A model generated the notes under the pieces. It did no database searches, was not told where the DNA came from, and was given only the letters and a program-made list of their open reading frames with translations. A DNA stretch of 64,000 nucleotides, taken from the NCBI GenBank assembly GCA_046563655.1, contig CM102288.1, positions 1,488,001 through 1,552,000 on the forward strand, written 5' to 3'. Position numbers and translations under genes: made by a program. Source of the DNA: Yuukianura sp. NJ FZ-2021 (lineage: Eukaryota). Positions 1-11,992 of this stretch are shown here, piece by piece (position 1 is the stretch's first letter; every line of letters begins with the position of its first letter).

Positions 1-655
1 GTTATTTGGGAGATCACGTTAGCTGTTAGCACCACTTCCCGCTCTCTATTGTGAAGAGCTTACAAATTCAAATCTACAAACTCAAAACAAAATACCAAAG
101 GGGAGAATAGGGAAGAGAGAAGAGGGACATTGGCAGGGGACGGATGGATATTTCTTCAAGCAACTAACACGAGTTACTACAAAGAGGTATAAAGTACTAA
201 CCACAAATTCCTAACACAGGTAATTTAATCGTTTCAATTCGAGAAAACCAGAATTAATCAATCTGCAGCAGCTTTTTGTACCGTATGTTCTTTTGATTTT
301 AGGTTAACTGCACAGACACAGGGAAAACAGCGACGACAACGAACAGCTGATTTGAAGCTAACAAGATAGTGGATGCACTTGAGCTAATCACAAGTTGAAG
401 ATGCGTTCTGTCAACCAATTGTGAACCATTCCATTACCTACGGTGCTTTAAGCTGTCCAGTTCGTAGCGAGAGCATTTTAAGGTATGTGCATACATGATT
501 TTGGTTAACTAATTCTATGCCCAAGCGAAGGTGCAACTGAATAATGTTTACGCTGTTTCAATTTCAGACCTGCAAAAATTCAAAAGTTAAGACATTTCTG
601 AAGAATCTATCACAAACAAGAGAGGACTACTTAACAAATCCGGAAGTAAAGGAGA

Positions 656-1548
656 ATGGATCCGAATTGGGGCCAAGGCGGTGGACCAGGACCAGGACCA
701 GTAAGGTCCGCAGGATTCTGGAACACAAGGACCACAATTCACCAAGGCCCTTACCGCCATAGAGGTCGTGGCAGTAGTGGTTGGTATAGAACAAGGAATC
801 CAAACGACAACTACTACCCACCAAGAACAGGAAATTGGAACAATCAGCGCCCTAATCAACCATACTACCGGACTCCAAATCCATATCGACCCGGCGGATT
901 TCGGGGAAGGCCGCAGTTCTACTCTACTCCATACGTAAGGTTATCCTCTGTCGGAAATAACCTGCTAAACCCATAACGATAATCGCTAAAATTCTAACGA
1001 TGACCAATGTTTGACATTAAACTTCCTACTCTACGAACCCAATACTTCTAAAACTACACGCAACCAGTTATGACGAAAGTGTAACGTTATCAATCCTTCT
1101 GCAAAAACTAAACTAAAACTGAGTTTCTTTCTAATTTTAGGTACACCCTCCACGTCATATGCTCAAGCTCAACCAAACCAATATCGACAACTGGATAAGT
1201 CCTAAGATGTGGGAAGATCCTTGGGCAGACCTAATGCAACGGTTCGACCCTCCAAAACCAATACCGGATCCAACATCGGTATCCTCACCTCCGACTCCTT
1301 CAAGTTCAAAAGATGCTACTAATCTAAGCCATGATCCTGTTCAAACGTCTAACTCTCTAACTAGTACTGTACTCAATTTACAACCAAGTGATGATGAACC
1401 TGCTAAACTTCAAGAGTCAAAGGAAGAATCAAAAGTTCAAAATAACTCACCAGCTACAGAAGAACTGCAAGACTCAAGCATCGGACCACCGCCGGCCAAA
1501 CGACCTCACATCGTAACTTACGAAACTTTAGAAACATTTCCAGAATAA
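656..1548 (+). CDS. MPLKIP/TTDN1-like protein (G/R/Y/P-rich N-terminus plus W-x-x-P-x-M-x-EDPW motif), 2 coding exons
   Basis: Exons 656-934 and 1141-1548 join in frame across a GTAAGG..TTTTAG intron. NWISPKMWEDPWADL resembles the conserved MPLKIP C-terminal motif (xxPSMLEDPWxxL). Upstream splice sites (~302, 483, 568) suggest non-coding 5' exons. Confidence 0.6.
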
Positions 1549-2210
1549 ATCTAAAATTCCGATTCCAGCAGGTTTTGTGTCACCGTACGTTGGATTCCTA
1601 CAGACAAGAAACAACTCACACATGATTAGTTAATCTCTGGGCAAATTCAACTCTTTATGCAACTAACTATAACTACTCCGACCGCAACCAGACTAATACC
1701 CTAATGTTATTAAACCTAACCTTATTTCCTATCCTTCATGTCCGTTTTTACGTCCAAAACGTTTTACGTGGTCACCTAAATTGTAAAATTGGATGGGGAG
1801 CAGCACTTCCGTGGACATCCGACTCCTGTTTTTCATAAGTTCTACTACGACCATCCTACTTTTTAGTATCTGTTTGGTTACAGTTCTTTACCACGATTGA
1901 TTACCACTGAATTACTGTTTAATTAAAATATCGAGCGTAACACTCCAGAGACAAAAAGAAAATCAATCACCCTTTCCTATAATCCTCTCCCAGCAACCTC
2001 TCACATCTCGCCATCTCAATTCCACGCAGCTACTGCTCATCAATTGACAAATTCCGCGCATTTATGCCCAAACTCAGGCCTTGTTTAACTTTAAATCGGT
2101 AAGTGAACCTTTGAGTTTAAAAATCATGTGAATTCCTTCGAACTGTTCATGACAATGAGAGAGGTCACTGGGACGGTGAATAAAGTTTATTTTAACTAGG
2201 GGATACCGTC

Positions 2211-5200
2211 CTAGGGTCGATTGTTGCTGACGATCGGTGCGGGTGGTGGAACGAGCGGCCGGCTTCCAGGGGCAGCAGCAGCATTTTGTGATGCTGCTTC
2301 AGCATCTCTCATCTGACGTCGCCTTTTCTTACTCCAAAGTTCATGACAATGTTGGAATTGTGGTAGATTCGGAGTCAAAACTCCATCTTCTGGATCAGGC
2401 TGACCTTCTGGTACATGTAGCCAAGGACTTTCCAGAGCATCGGTAGCCGAAATCCGCTTATCCGGGTCCAGTTCCAACATTTTGTCTAACCTTTACAAAA
2501 CGAATGGGAAGAAACCCAAATTGAAAAAAAAGTGAAAACTGACATATTCAAAGTAAAGCTAACTAGAAGTGATCAGCTGATTTCAACTCCAAGAACTACC
2601 GAACGGAATTCCCAACTAATGGATGACTGACTAGACTAAAGTAAGCTTAGTCAATTAATAATCAAAGATTAAAAGTGAATCTTACAAGTCCAGTGCAGCA
2701 GCAGGTAAGTCCATCATCTCCTCTCGTAGTCTCCGTCGATACGTTCTATTCATGCGTACTGTCGAGTAGAGCGGAAGGTTAATAACGTTTGGCCAAACAG
2801 CGGGGGTTGGACTGCCACATATCTTGGAAATGGCAATCAACTGACTCATTTCCACATTTTCACGAAACATTGGTTTTTTCTGGAAAAGTTCTCCAAGGAT
2901 ACACCCACAACTCCAGACGTCAATAGCCGGTCCATAACGTTCTTCTCCCAGGAGTAGTTCTGGTGGTCGGTACCACAACGTAATCACTTTGTTGGTATAA
3001 GGTCGTTGCTTGTCCTTGGCATTGTAGAGTCTTGCTAGACCAAAGTCTGCCAACTTCACTTGACCTCTGACATGAGTAAGGACAAAATTAAGAGGTACGA
3101 AGTGACTGCAGAGTACTGACGACGAGAGCTGAAACAAGAAAAGTGATATGACTTTCTAAATGTACTTACTTGTTATTGACGAGGATGTTGCTGCACTTGA
3201 TGTCTCTGTGAAGGAAGTTGTGCTTGTGAGAGTACTGGAGTCCACGAAGCAGCTGTCTCATAATACTTGCGTTCTGTTGTTCACTGAAGTTAACCAAGTT
3301 TGATTCCAAGAGACCCATTAAATCGTGGTCCATGAATTCGAAAACTAGGTAGAAGCTTCCACGATCCTGAAACACAAAAGCCAAAGTTAAATTACTTTTT
3401 CAAATTTTGGAAGCGACAGATACAAATTAGCTGACGTTTTTGATTTTTTGGAAATTGTTTGAGAGTAAACGGAGCTCGTTATCCACTGTGCATTTGGAAC
3501 TTAAAGAGCACGGGACCCTCAACTTAATTTACTTTTCCTGAGCTTATCAAGGCACATTCAATAAAAATGAAGACGACTCAAGTGGCTCAGGGTACTGTTG
3601 TTATAAGTCGTACTGGCGCTGATTCAGCGATACCGAATGCTGAACAGTTCAACTATAATGTAAACCGTAGCCTTACTTTTCTGAAATCCAGTGCATCTTG
3701 CTTATCCGTGATGATTTCCTTCAGATTTACGATGTTCTCTTGCTGCAGCTGACGGAGAATTTTGATTTCTCGGACAGCAGTTATAGGAAATCCTTCCTTT
3801 TCGTTCTCCAGTCGAACTTTTTTCAAAGCAACTAAAGTATCTAATGAAATCACAAGGTAATTCATTAAAATGAAACATCATGTTTAGTCAAAATTAAAGT
3901 TAATATTACTTACCATTAATTAGATCCTTGGCCTTGTAAACTTGTCCGTAAGTTCCTTCTCCAACTTGTGATATAATGTCAAAGGAATCGATACATCGTT
4001 CACCCCAGTCTGGCAAATCATCTCGTTTTTCTATTATCTTTGGTCGTAGTTTTCTTCTAGCTTCTGGAACAGGAGAGCCGGGAATGACTAAACGAAAAAA
4101 CAATCGAACTAAATTGAAGATCAGCTGATCACGATATCTGAAATACCTCTAAAAATATAAACACTTACCAGGCGGCATGGGAAGATCCCGTGTGATACTG
4201 AGACTTTTCTTATGAACCGATGCTGCCGAAACTGTTATAAGTTTTATAGGGTCAATTAGCAGTGGCCCTACTGGAACAGTTTGTGGAGGGTACACTGTCC
4301 CTGGAGGAAACGGCAGCCGCATCAGTCCTTTCTGGTCACTGCTACCATTGGTTGATACAGATTCGAACGGTACACGCGGAATCTTCTGACTCTTGGATTC
4401 TTTAGTCCCGCCAGCATCTCCGTCCACAGCATCCGGAGCAGTACTTGTCCCATCACATGCTGGTTTCTCATTTTCGGCTTTAGTACTTCCTTCATCTCCT
4501 TCAGTAACAATTTCTGGGCCGGACTGGGACATAGAATCGTCCGGAATAAAAATAACTGGCGGAGGAGACGGAGAGCGCTTGACGATCAAGGGGCCTTGCA
4601 TCTTCTCTCGCAATTGGGCAAAGAAGCTCGTCGCTGACAATTTATCATCAAGCGGAGGTTTGTTCTTCGATGCTGATGGAGGAGCCACGATAGGCGTGTG
4701 GGGACTCTTCGTCGGTGTTTCGGGCGCTTTTCTGATGGACCTTCAAATTCAAATCTCAATCAATAACGAGCGAGCATGATTTGTTTACTGAAGTACTAAC
4801 TTAATTCCTAAAGTTAAACTTAATAAGAGCTGGAGAATCTTTGACTTACTTTACAACTGGAGTATCCACTTCCTTATCCTTTGGTCGTTTCCGCTTCCGA
4901 TCCTTAGATTTACGTCCGTCTTCCTCTACAACTAACTTTCTACGGTAAGCTTCCAGTGGCGGATAGTACTTTTCATAAGCTTTAGGAGGAAGAGGAGGTG
5001 TATGGGGTGACAAAGGTCGTTCTGGAGTAGTACTGGGACGCTGGACTGCCACTTCAGGGGAAACGACGTCTATCTCACTTTTCTTCTGTTTGGAAAAATC
5101 GTCTGTCTCTTCCTTGAATTTTCTGTTAACAACGATTGGTAAGGAAGGAGAGAGTGAACGGGAATGGGCCCGATAGAAATCGTAGTTGGAGTTAGTAGTA

Positions 5201-5861
5201 TTGGCTTTCCGCTTTCGACTGGAAGTGTTTTCTGTATCTTCTTCGGTTCGTCGCCTGGAGTGTCGACGATCCTTCGTTTTTGGAAGATGAGCATTCGATG
5301 ATGAGTTGCTACTGTGGCTATCTTTACGTTTGGTCCTGCCGCGCTCCTCGTCGTACGGATCTCTTCCATTGCCCTCGTTATCACTTTTAATTTCACCAGC
5401 TTCGGGCTCGGAGAAACCGCTTGAAGAAACGTCGGACAGCTCATCCCCTCCGTTTTTCCGACGGTAATGGCGCCTAAGTGTTACAAATGGGTTCCAAGTC
5501 AATCGTTTCTCAAGCGATCCACTTAATCATTATAATAAGGTGAGTACTCTAACCTGTGATTATGTTGCATGCTACTACTGTCTTCTTCGTATCTATATGG
5601 CTGCTGCGAATGGCTTCCGGATCCGGACGAGTGTCGTATCGTGGGGGCGGATAGCAGAGGTTGACTTCTCGGTTTGGAATGGGAGTCCCTTCGTTCTCTG
5701 TCTCTGTGTACCCTATCATATTCTTGCGGTTGAGAATAACGTCCACTGTAAACCGAACTTTTGGACGAATCCCGAAAATCCCGATCACGACGGTCACGTT
5801 GATCATAACAATAATAACGTCCATTATGTCCACCGCCACCACCACCAGAACTTCGATGCAT
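2211..5861 (-). CDS. CDK12: Cyclin-dependent kinase 12/13 (CTD kinase), 8 coding exons
   Basis: Exons about 5861-5554, 5473-4850, 4740-4169, 4087-3914, 3840-3677, 3366-3170, 3066-2686, 2490-2211, all GT-AG. Motifs [51 protein letters not shown] and the C-terminal extension [13 protein letters not shown]-rich N-terminus. An in-frame ATG at 5906 is an alternative start. Confidence 0.95.
3453..3593 (-). ncRNA. Intronic box H/ACA snoRNA; predicted guide for the 18S rRNA uridine equivalent to human U406 (SNORA71/U71 target)
   Basis: Sense strand of the unusually long 310-nt CDK12 intron 3367-3676. Hairpin 1 closed by CCUGAGC/GCUCAGG, H box AAAGUA, hairpin 2 closed by UUGAGGGU/ACUCUCAA, then ACA plus 3 nt. 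About 140 nt; pocket 15 nt from the ACA box. Confidence 0.85.
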
Positions 5862-6579
5862 TGTAATAACGGAACTGGGTGTTGCTGGGTTCACTAAAAT
5901 GGGCATATCAATTAACTGCACATTATTATGGAAATTAACCTTAATTTAACAGTTATACGAATAAGTTACACCATTTTCTTGAGTACCTTTTCACTTTAAC
6001 GTTTACACCACGGCCACACCACTTCAAATCATGTCCTCCTCAGCCTCTGTCCTCGTCTTCGTCATGTCTTTGTGCACCAATTCGACGATTCAACTTACTA
6101 TAAGTACTACAAGAGAGTATATCTAACCTAACCTAGCCACCACCTCCTCCACCCTAATTTTAAGCCCTATGGAATACCGTAAAATCCCTCATAGTTGTAT
6201 CGTACGGTACAACTCGCACGGTACGACTCGTGTCGTACTCGTAGCGCAATTATCTTTTTGTCAATCAACACCCCATGGCCATGCACTAATGCAAAAAAAA
6301 AAGACACAGAAAAAGGGAGCGCTGATGTACTTAATCACTCAGTAGTTAACCGATTAATGGCTAATCAGTTACGTTAAGTAAAGCAGACGGAAAAACTAAC
6401 AGCAGGAGGAACAGTTTACGGTATCGAGATTCGAGGAGACAGTCATGCAAAGAAATGAAGCGTTCATGCAATTACTATAGAAAGAAAGCAAGAATTTTGA
6501 AGAATATCGTTTTACTTGCCTGATGACGTTAATCATGAACCACGAGTTAATTAGACTAGTAATTCAATGCCAAACCAGT

Positions 6580-7464
6580 CTAATTTTTCTTGGAAATCGG
6601 TGGTAATACTTCATCTGCGAATCGAATCCGCTTCATTTTCTCTTGAGCAGAATCAATCCCTGCTGCCGTAGTAGCCGTAATCGTTTCATCAACGACTGCC
6701 TTTAGGATGTCTGATCGCTGCGGTTTCACTACTACTGCTGGCGCTGACGTTCTGCGGTTGGCTTGTGCTGCAACACGGAAACCAGGAGTAACTGCTGACC
6801 GGTTGGGTTCATCCTTTTTAGTTTCCGGAGCCTGGTGTGACCTGGCAGCAGGACGATTTACATTGACCTTTGGCTTTAAGTCAACATGGTCCAGACTTAG
6901 AGCCTTCCGAGCTTCGGCATAAGTCCACCTCCGTTTCTGTTCTGTTCGAGTTACGGAGCTGGATGGGGCTGGAAACAACAACAATACAAGAGGATTCAGA
7001 ATCAAATAAACTTCGAAATAGATACGTTTAAAGAACGAATTACTTTGACTTGATGATCCTCGATTGATTGCCATTTCTTCCTTGACGGCATGAGTAAAAT
7101 TTCTGACCGAAGATGGAACAGGGGCGCGCCTTTGATGCTGCAGAAGTTCAGTGCCGGTTCGAGGTATAACTCTCGGTTTTGGCCTGAAATTAGACGTTCC
7201 AGAGGAGGCCAAGGACGAAGCAGTGTTGAACGGAAGATATTGAGGTCGGGTATACAGAGCAGTCACGGCAACGGCATGTCGACCGGAACCTAACGACGGC
7301 CCTGCCCCAGCAGCATCAGTACTGCCAGCACTTCCTGGTGGTGACGAGACTTCCGGTAGGCTTAAGTTCCTTCTAGCTTTGGCCGTTTTCTTGGACTTTC
7401 CAGGCTTCTTGCCTTTGCCTTTCGGCTTCATGTCGGCCGACACTCTTCCCGCTCCTTCACTCAT
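6580..7464 (-). CDS. Uncharacterised basic low-complexity protein with a C-terminal RVxF-like motif (KRIRFAD)
   Basis: 885-nt ORF containing a probable 75-nt in-frame GT-AG intron (7043-6969), which explains the spurious hydrophobic stretch. No recognisable domain. Confidence 0.6.
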   Translation of the reverse strand: MSEGAGRVSADMKPKGKGKKPGKSKKTAKARRNLSLPEVSSPPGSAGSTDAAGAGPSLGSGRHAVAVTALYTRPQYLPFNTASSLASSGTSNFRPKPRVIPRTGTELLQHQRRAPVPSSVRNFTHAVKEEMAINRGSSSQSNSFFKRIYFEVYLILNPLVLLLFPAPSSSVTRTEQKRRWTYAEARKALSLDHVDLKPKVNVNRPAARSHQAPETKKDEPNRSAVTPGFRVAAQANRRTSAPAVVVKPQRSDILKAVVDETITATTAAGIDSAQEKMKRIRFADEVLPPISKKN

Positions 7465-7928
7465 AAGAATTTAGATGCCTGTGAGGCTGTGAATTCGCGA
7501 GAAAAAAAAACGTTTCACGATCGTCTTTTTTCGTTTTTTCAGCGATTGTCATCCCAAAAGTTTCGCCCGATTTTGTTGTCATGGAGCAAATTAGAGGTGA
7601 TGATCTCGATTATAATTGAAATCACCACGTCAACGATGAAATTTTTCAAAGCGAAAGTGTTGATTGCTCAAAATTGGTTTGAGAGAGGACGGCCGCTGCT
7701 GCAGCGAGCTGCTTAGCTTGTAGCTGGCACCTCTTTCCAATCTTGTCTGTCCATCTTTTCGTTTCAGTAGACTGATAATCTATTAAAAACCGCATCAGTT
7801 ACAATTTTACCAAAAAGTGAATTAAAATTAAGTAAAGTAGGTGAGAAATCGTACCTTGTCGGGAGAAATACTTAGCAAATCAACAACATTTTGTCACCAT
7901 TTTAATCTCAGAGTCCATTGTCACAGGC

Positions 7929-8685
7929 ATGCAGAATCCTGGTGACATTTCCGTGATGGATCCCGATGAAACTCCAAGTGTTGACGACCTTGAACATAGT
8001 TTCAAACGCCTTTCTTCTGCTACGGAAACTGAACATGGCACGGAAAGTAAGAACTTTGCATCTTGTTGCTCGTCCAAAGTAATTGATTTCATTTTTGTTG
8101 TCAAGAGTAATTCACTTGCTTGATTTTCTATCATCAGGTCAAGGAGAGCCGATGAGTGTTGGTGTGAGTGACAGAGTGGCAGCATTTTCCAGTGGTGCTG
8201 GCAGTACTGCTGGTGGAAGCGGAATGTCCAGAAGTACACCAGGGAAATCGTCTGGAATCAAAGGAATTCTGAAGAATCGTGACATGAAGAGTCCAGTTGC
8301 TCCAGATGCTTTGAACTACAGTGGACCAGTTGATGGAGACAATGTACGTGACAACAACTACGAAGAAGATGAACATCGTTTTTCACAACTCGTCGATTCT
8401 CGTGAACTTTTTGCTCGTAAGGTTCGTGCTGGACTGGTAAACAAACGCTACAGCTACAGAAGTACCAGCACGGAGAGTGCACCAGGTAAAACATAAATAA
8501 AGAACAAAAGAAAGTAAAATGTTAAAAACTTGCTAATTAACAGTTGTAATTAGTAAAACTTGTTGTTGTAATTCTTAGAGTTGGCTTTTTACCCCAAACG
8601 TAAACGCGACAATGACGAAGAGGGTGACGAAGGTGACGATGACGAGGGAAGTGACGACAGTGGTCACCGGTCAGCCAGTATCTGA
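7929..8685 (+). CDS. Uncharacterised small protein (IKGILKN motif, acidic tail), 3 exons
   Basis: Exons about 7929-8046, 8138-8485, 8579-8685 splice in frame with GT-AG introns; AATAAA at 8843. Confidence 0.6.
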
Positions 8686-9177
8686 AAGTACTCATTTACC
8701 AAAACCCTTCCAAATCGCATTCAATCCTACGGATTTCATATCAAAATCAAAAATTTCTGAAAGGTTAACTTAAGCATTCATCTCTTAAATTGGTTTGATT
8801 GATTGATAATTCATATTTCTGCACTGCGTTCTGTTGGCTGTTAATAAATAAGAAACCTGTTTATTCTGCAAATACTAATTTTTAAATCATCTCAAACTTT
8901 TTACCATCTTACGGTTAAAATTATGATTAAAACGTTCACCTTTCGATTAAGAAAGTCAAGTATTCTCTGGATAACGTTTTAATTTAAATGTATGTGTTAA
9001 ATTTACTTACGGTTAGTGTGACAGAACGTCAGAGATGTTAAATTAATTGAGAGAAGAAACCTATTTGCTTATCTTCCACGAATCTTCTGTCCCGCTCTGA
9101 ATCCAATTAATAGTCGACAGGATCTGGATAACTCTTGAGTTGGATTGAAATCCAACCGTTGTTCCAAATTACTAACT

Positions 9178-10607
9178 TCAATTGGTTTTGTTGAAAAGCA
9201 TTTTAGTTGAATTGGAACTAGAGGAAGGTTGAAACAGTACTTTGTGAATAGCTGAAATATCTGGATGAATTTTTACGTTAGGATTGGGCTGTGATTTGGG
9301 AATTTTCATTGTCGCTCCACCAGCTGACTTCAGAGTGGCAATAACTCCAGCAGCTTTTCTCGAACTCCGACTATCGCTTCCAGCGATGGCAGCATGTCCG
9401 CCACCTTCTTCTACCAAAACGACTTTCATTGGGCTTCCGTCTAACAGACGATTGTGATAAGCCTCTATTGCCTTGTGACAGTCAGATTTCGTTCGGTAGA
9501 AGGCTTCTGCCGTTCCGGTATCCAGAACTCGAGCGGAAATCAAGTCACCGACATCAGCAAACAGTTCCTGTCATAAAACACAATGGGAAGTGAACAGAGT
9601 GGCGTTTAGAGTGTCGTAAAGTGAACGTTTACATCTGAAATGGTTAGTTTGACATACAAAAGTTAAAGCAAAAGATAGATTGATACCATGATGTCTTCCG
9701 TTGTTACACTCGGCTGCAAATTGGACACTTTGACTTTGAACTTGGATGGTACGTCTAGACGAGCCTTGAGTGACGACCGAAGTACTGGCGGAGGTGGCTC
9801 GTCGTCCATTTCCATGTCTTCTTCATAAACTCCCTCTTCATCTGAATAGTGATTCTGTACTGTTGCTCTCAGCTGTTGTGTTCTGACGGGTCGATTAGTA
9901 ATTGATTTAATCTTGGTAAGAGATGAGCTCGGTCCTGATGAATACATACCACCACTTCCAGCTGTGATTCGACTGTAAGACGAAACTAATCCTGATGTGG
10001 GTGCTGGGTAATAGTTGGCTTGTGGATTCCTCACTGTTCTTGTAAGCATAATATCAGACGTTAAGTCCTCCGAGTGACCAGAAGGAAATGGTGGAACATA
10101 AGGCCATTGAGATCCACCCATACTGGTTACAGCACTTCGAAATAAACCAGCACTGGTATTTCCGCCTGGAGAAGTGGATGTTGTGATTTGTAGTGACTTC
10201 ACGGGACTCCTGAAGCTTGGACTGGCAATTCCACCTCTGCCTCCCCGACCCCGACGACCTCCACGCCCTATTGATCGCATTGTGGAAACTGCTAGAGCCG
10301 AACCCATTGGGAGTTCTGCTGACCGAAGTCGGTTCGTACGTTTCGTCTCAATGTTTTCTCGTGCGTCGGTCACTCTTCCGGTCAACACCCGATTTAGATT
10401 AATCTTCTGCCGTGCGTCAGTTATAAGTGCTTTGGACAGTATGGCAGCAGCAACTCCCCCACGACCACGACCTGATGTCGTCAAGCCGCCGCGTGTTCCT
10501 AGTCTAGACTGAATAGAAGCTCCGCCATCTTTCCTTCCAGTTGCGGGAAGTCCAAGGCGACTTTTTATCGATAACTGAGGCCTCATAGTTCCACGACCTC
10601 CCCGCAT
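9178..10607 (-). CDS. POLDIP3: Polymerase delta-interacting protein 3 / SKAR-like RRM protein
   Basis: Exons 10607-9687 and 9567-9178. RG-rich N-terminus, repeated DARxxI motifs, C-terminal RRM (VKVSNLQPSVTTEDIMELFADVG...AIEAYHNRLLDGSPM). Confidence 0.8.
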
Positions 10608-11626
10608 TACTTGAACCTAAAAACACAAAAAATAAGCTTCAATAAAACGATTTCTGCCACACTAAATTTGAAATCTAAATCAACAATTAACAGACGAATC
10701 CAATCAGCATCCAGCCTAAACCGTTAACGCAATACAACTTAAGTGCTACAGCACTGCTACTACTCCAAATTTACATTAATCAAATGCTAACTACTAAGCG
10801 AAATGTCCTCAATGCATTGAAAATCATGGAATCAAGGTTAATTACGAGGTCATTCTCATGTCACATACCTTTATATGGGTGTCTAAAAGATAAAAATAAA
10901 CTCCGGAATCGGATTTTCAAATTCCTTTTGCCTTCAATTAGAAACGGAGCAGAAAAATTTACCAACTGTTGGATAGAACAACCACAAATTTGGTCCAATT
11001 CAAAAAACTGTGAAATGGAGAAGGTGTGTAATCGTTAATTAATTTACAAACTAATCAAATTGAACATTTGTTTCGTGAATATTTTTACCACTATAGTTCA
11101 ATCAATGTAGTGTACTAGAGGATATAAGGGGATGTTTAGGGCTGGGGAGAGACTATAGTTAGAAATGGCGAAGTTTAGTGGTGGAGTAGAAGGACGCTGC
11201 CGTGCGTGGGGGACAAAACACATGAAAATAGACGCCAACACAGCATTTCTGTAGAGTCTTTGTAGCAGTTACGTTACAATGCTACTCACCACCATCCCTA
11301 ACACTCGTCGATTAATTCTTAATTAGTTTATAATATTAATTAAAATGTATTATTCTCAACAACACACAATATCATGACATTTATACTACAAGTGCTTTAC
11401 GACTGACAAGCCTTTTTAATTTGATGAATTTTTGGTGGATTTAGATAATTGGTGGGTTCAAAAACGCTTACATAAATAATTAATATTTGATAAAAAAAAA
11501 CAAGTTGATTTTGATTAAGCGGATTAATGCACCGGAAGTAAGGCTACTTTTGCCATTTTCATTATCATGTTGTTAACGAATAGTTTACGACTTGATGTTA
11601 TGTTATAAATTGGAAATGTAAATACA

Positions 11627-11992
11627 ATGCCCAGAACTAGTACGATGGCCTGCAGGGTGTAGTGAAAAGAGGGAATATTTTTAGCCGAAGTTCTCCCTTC
11701 ATTCCACTTGCCGTGCCCCGAAGATATGAAAGGTATACTAAGGTAGTCTATATACTAAGTAAATAATTACGTTAGGAGACCGATCCTGGTTGATCACATT
11801 AGAAGCCGATTTAACTTAATCATAGCGTTTCTGGATGATGGTGTCCGGCTAGCGGGCTAGAGCAGAACGGTTCGTTGAAGTATACAACTGGAAAACGACG
11901 AAGTCAGATCAAACAACGTACGGTAAACAATTCATAAACATAACATTACTAGAACTACGCGTGAAACTTTACGAACGCATATTTTCTGGCAT
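11627..11992 (+). ncRNA. Candidate intron-embedded RNase P/MRP-family RNA (divergent)
   Basis: P1 ATGCCCAG/CTGGCAT, P2 CTAGTA/TACTAG, long P3 hairpin 11647-11717, P4 pseudoknot GAAGATATG (11720)/CATATTT (11978), CR-II/CR-III-like CAGAA (11863) and TGGAAA (11889), CR-IV-like AGAACTAC. G-U pairs favour the + strand. Lies in the 623-nt 5'UTR intron 11538-12160. Confidence 0.55.

Noticed and set aside
3464..3520. snoRNA pocket complementarity to 28S GUAAACGG-CGGGA (helix 69 region)
   Set aside because: It leaves no unpaired U-N dinucleotide in the pocket; the 18S site fits the canonical geometry.
6123..6136. Short CCTAA/TTAGG runs here and near 19020, 52035, 53272 and 58706 as telomere remnants
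   Set aside because: Only 2-3 units each; useful as a taxonomic hint but too short to call features.
11777..11797. GATC..GATC pair suggestive of 7SK RNA
   Set aside because: Spacing is too short, there is no Pol III-type start or terminator context, and one GATC pairs better with 11907-11912.
11926..11946. CATAAACATAACAT as a telomerase template, i.e. the intronic RNA as telomerase RNA
   Set aside because: It would template TTATG rather than the TTAGG seen elsewhere in the window, it lies at the 3' side of the fold, and the RNase P/MRP topology explains the structure better.
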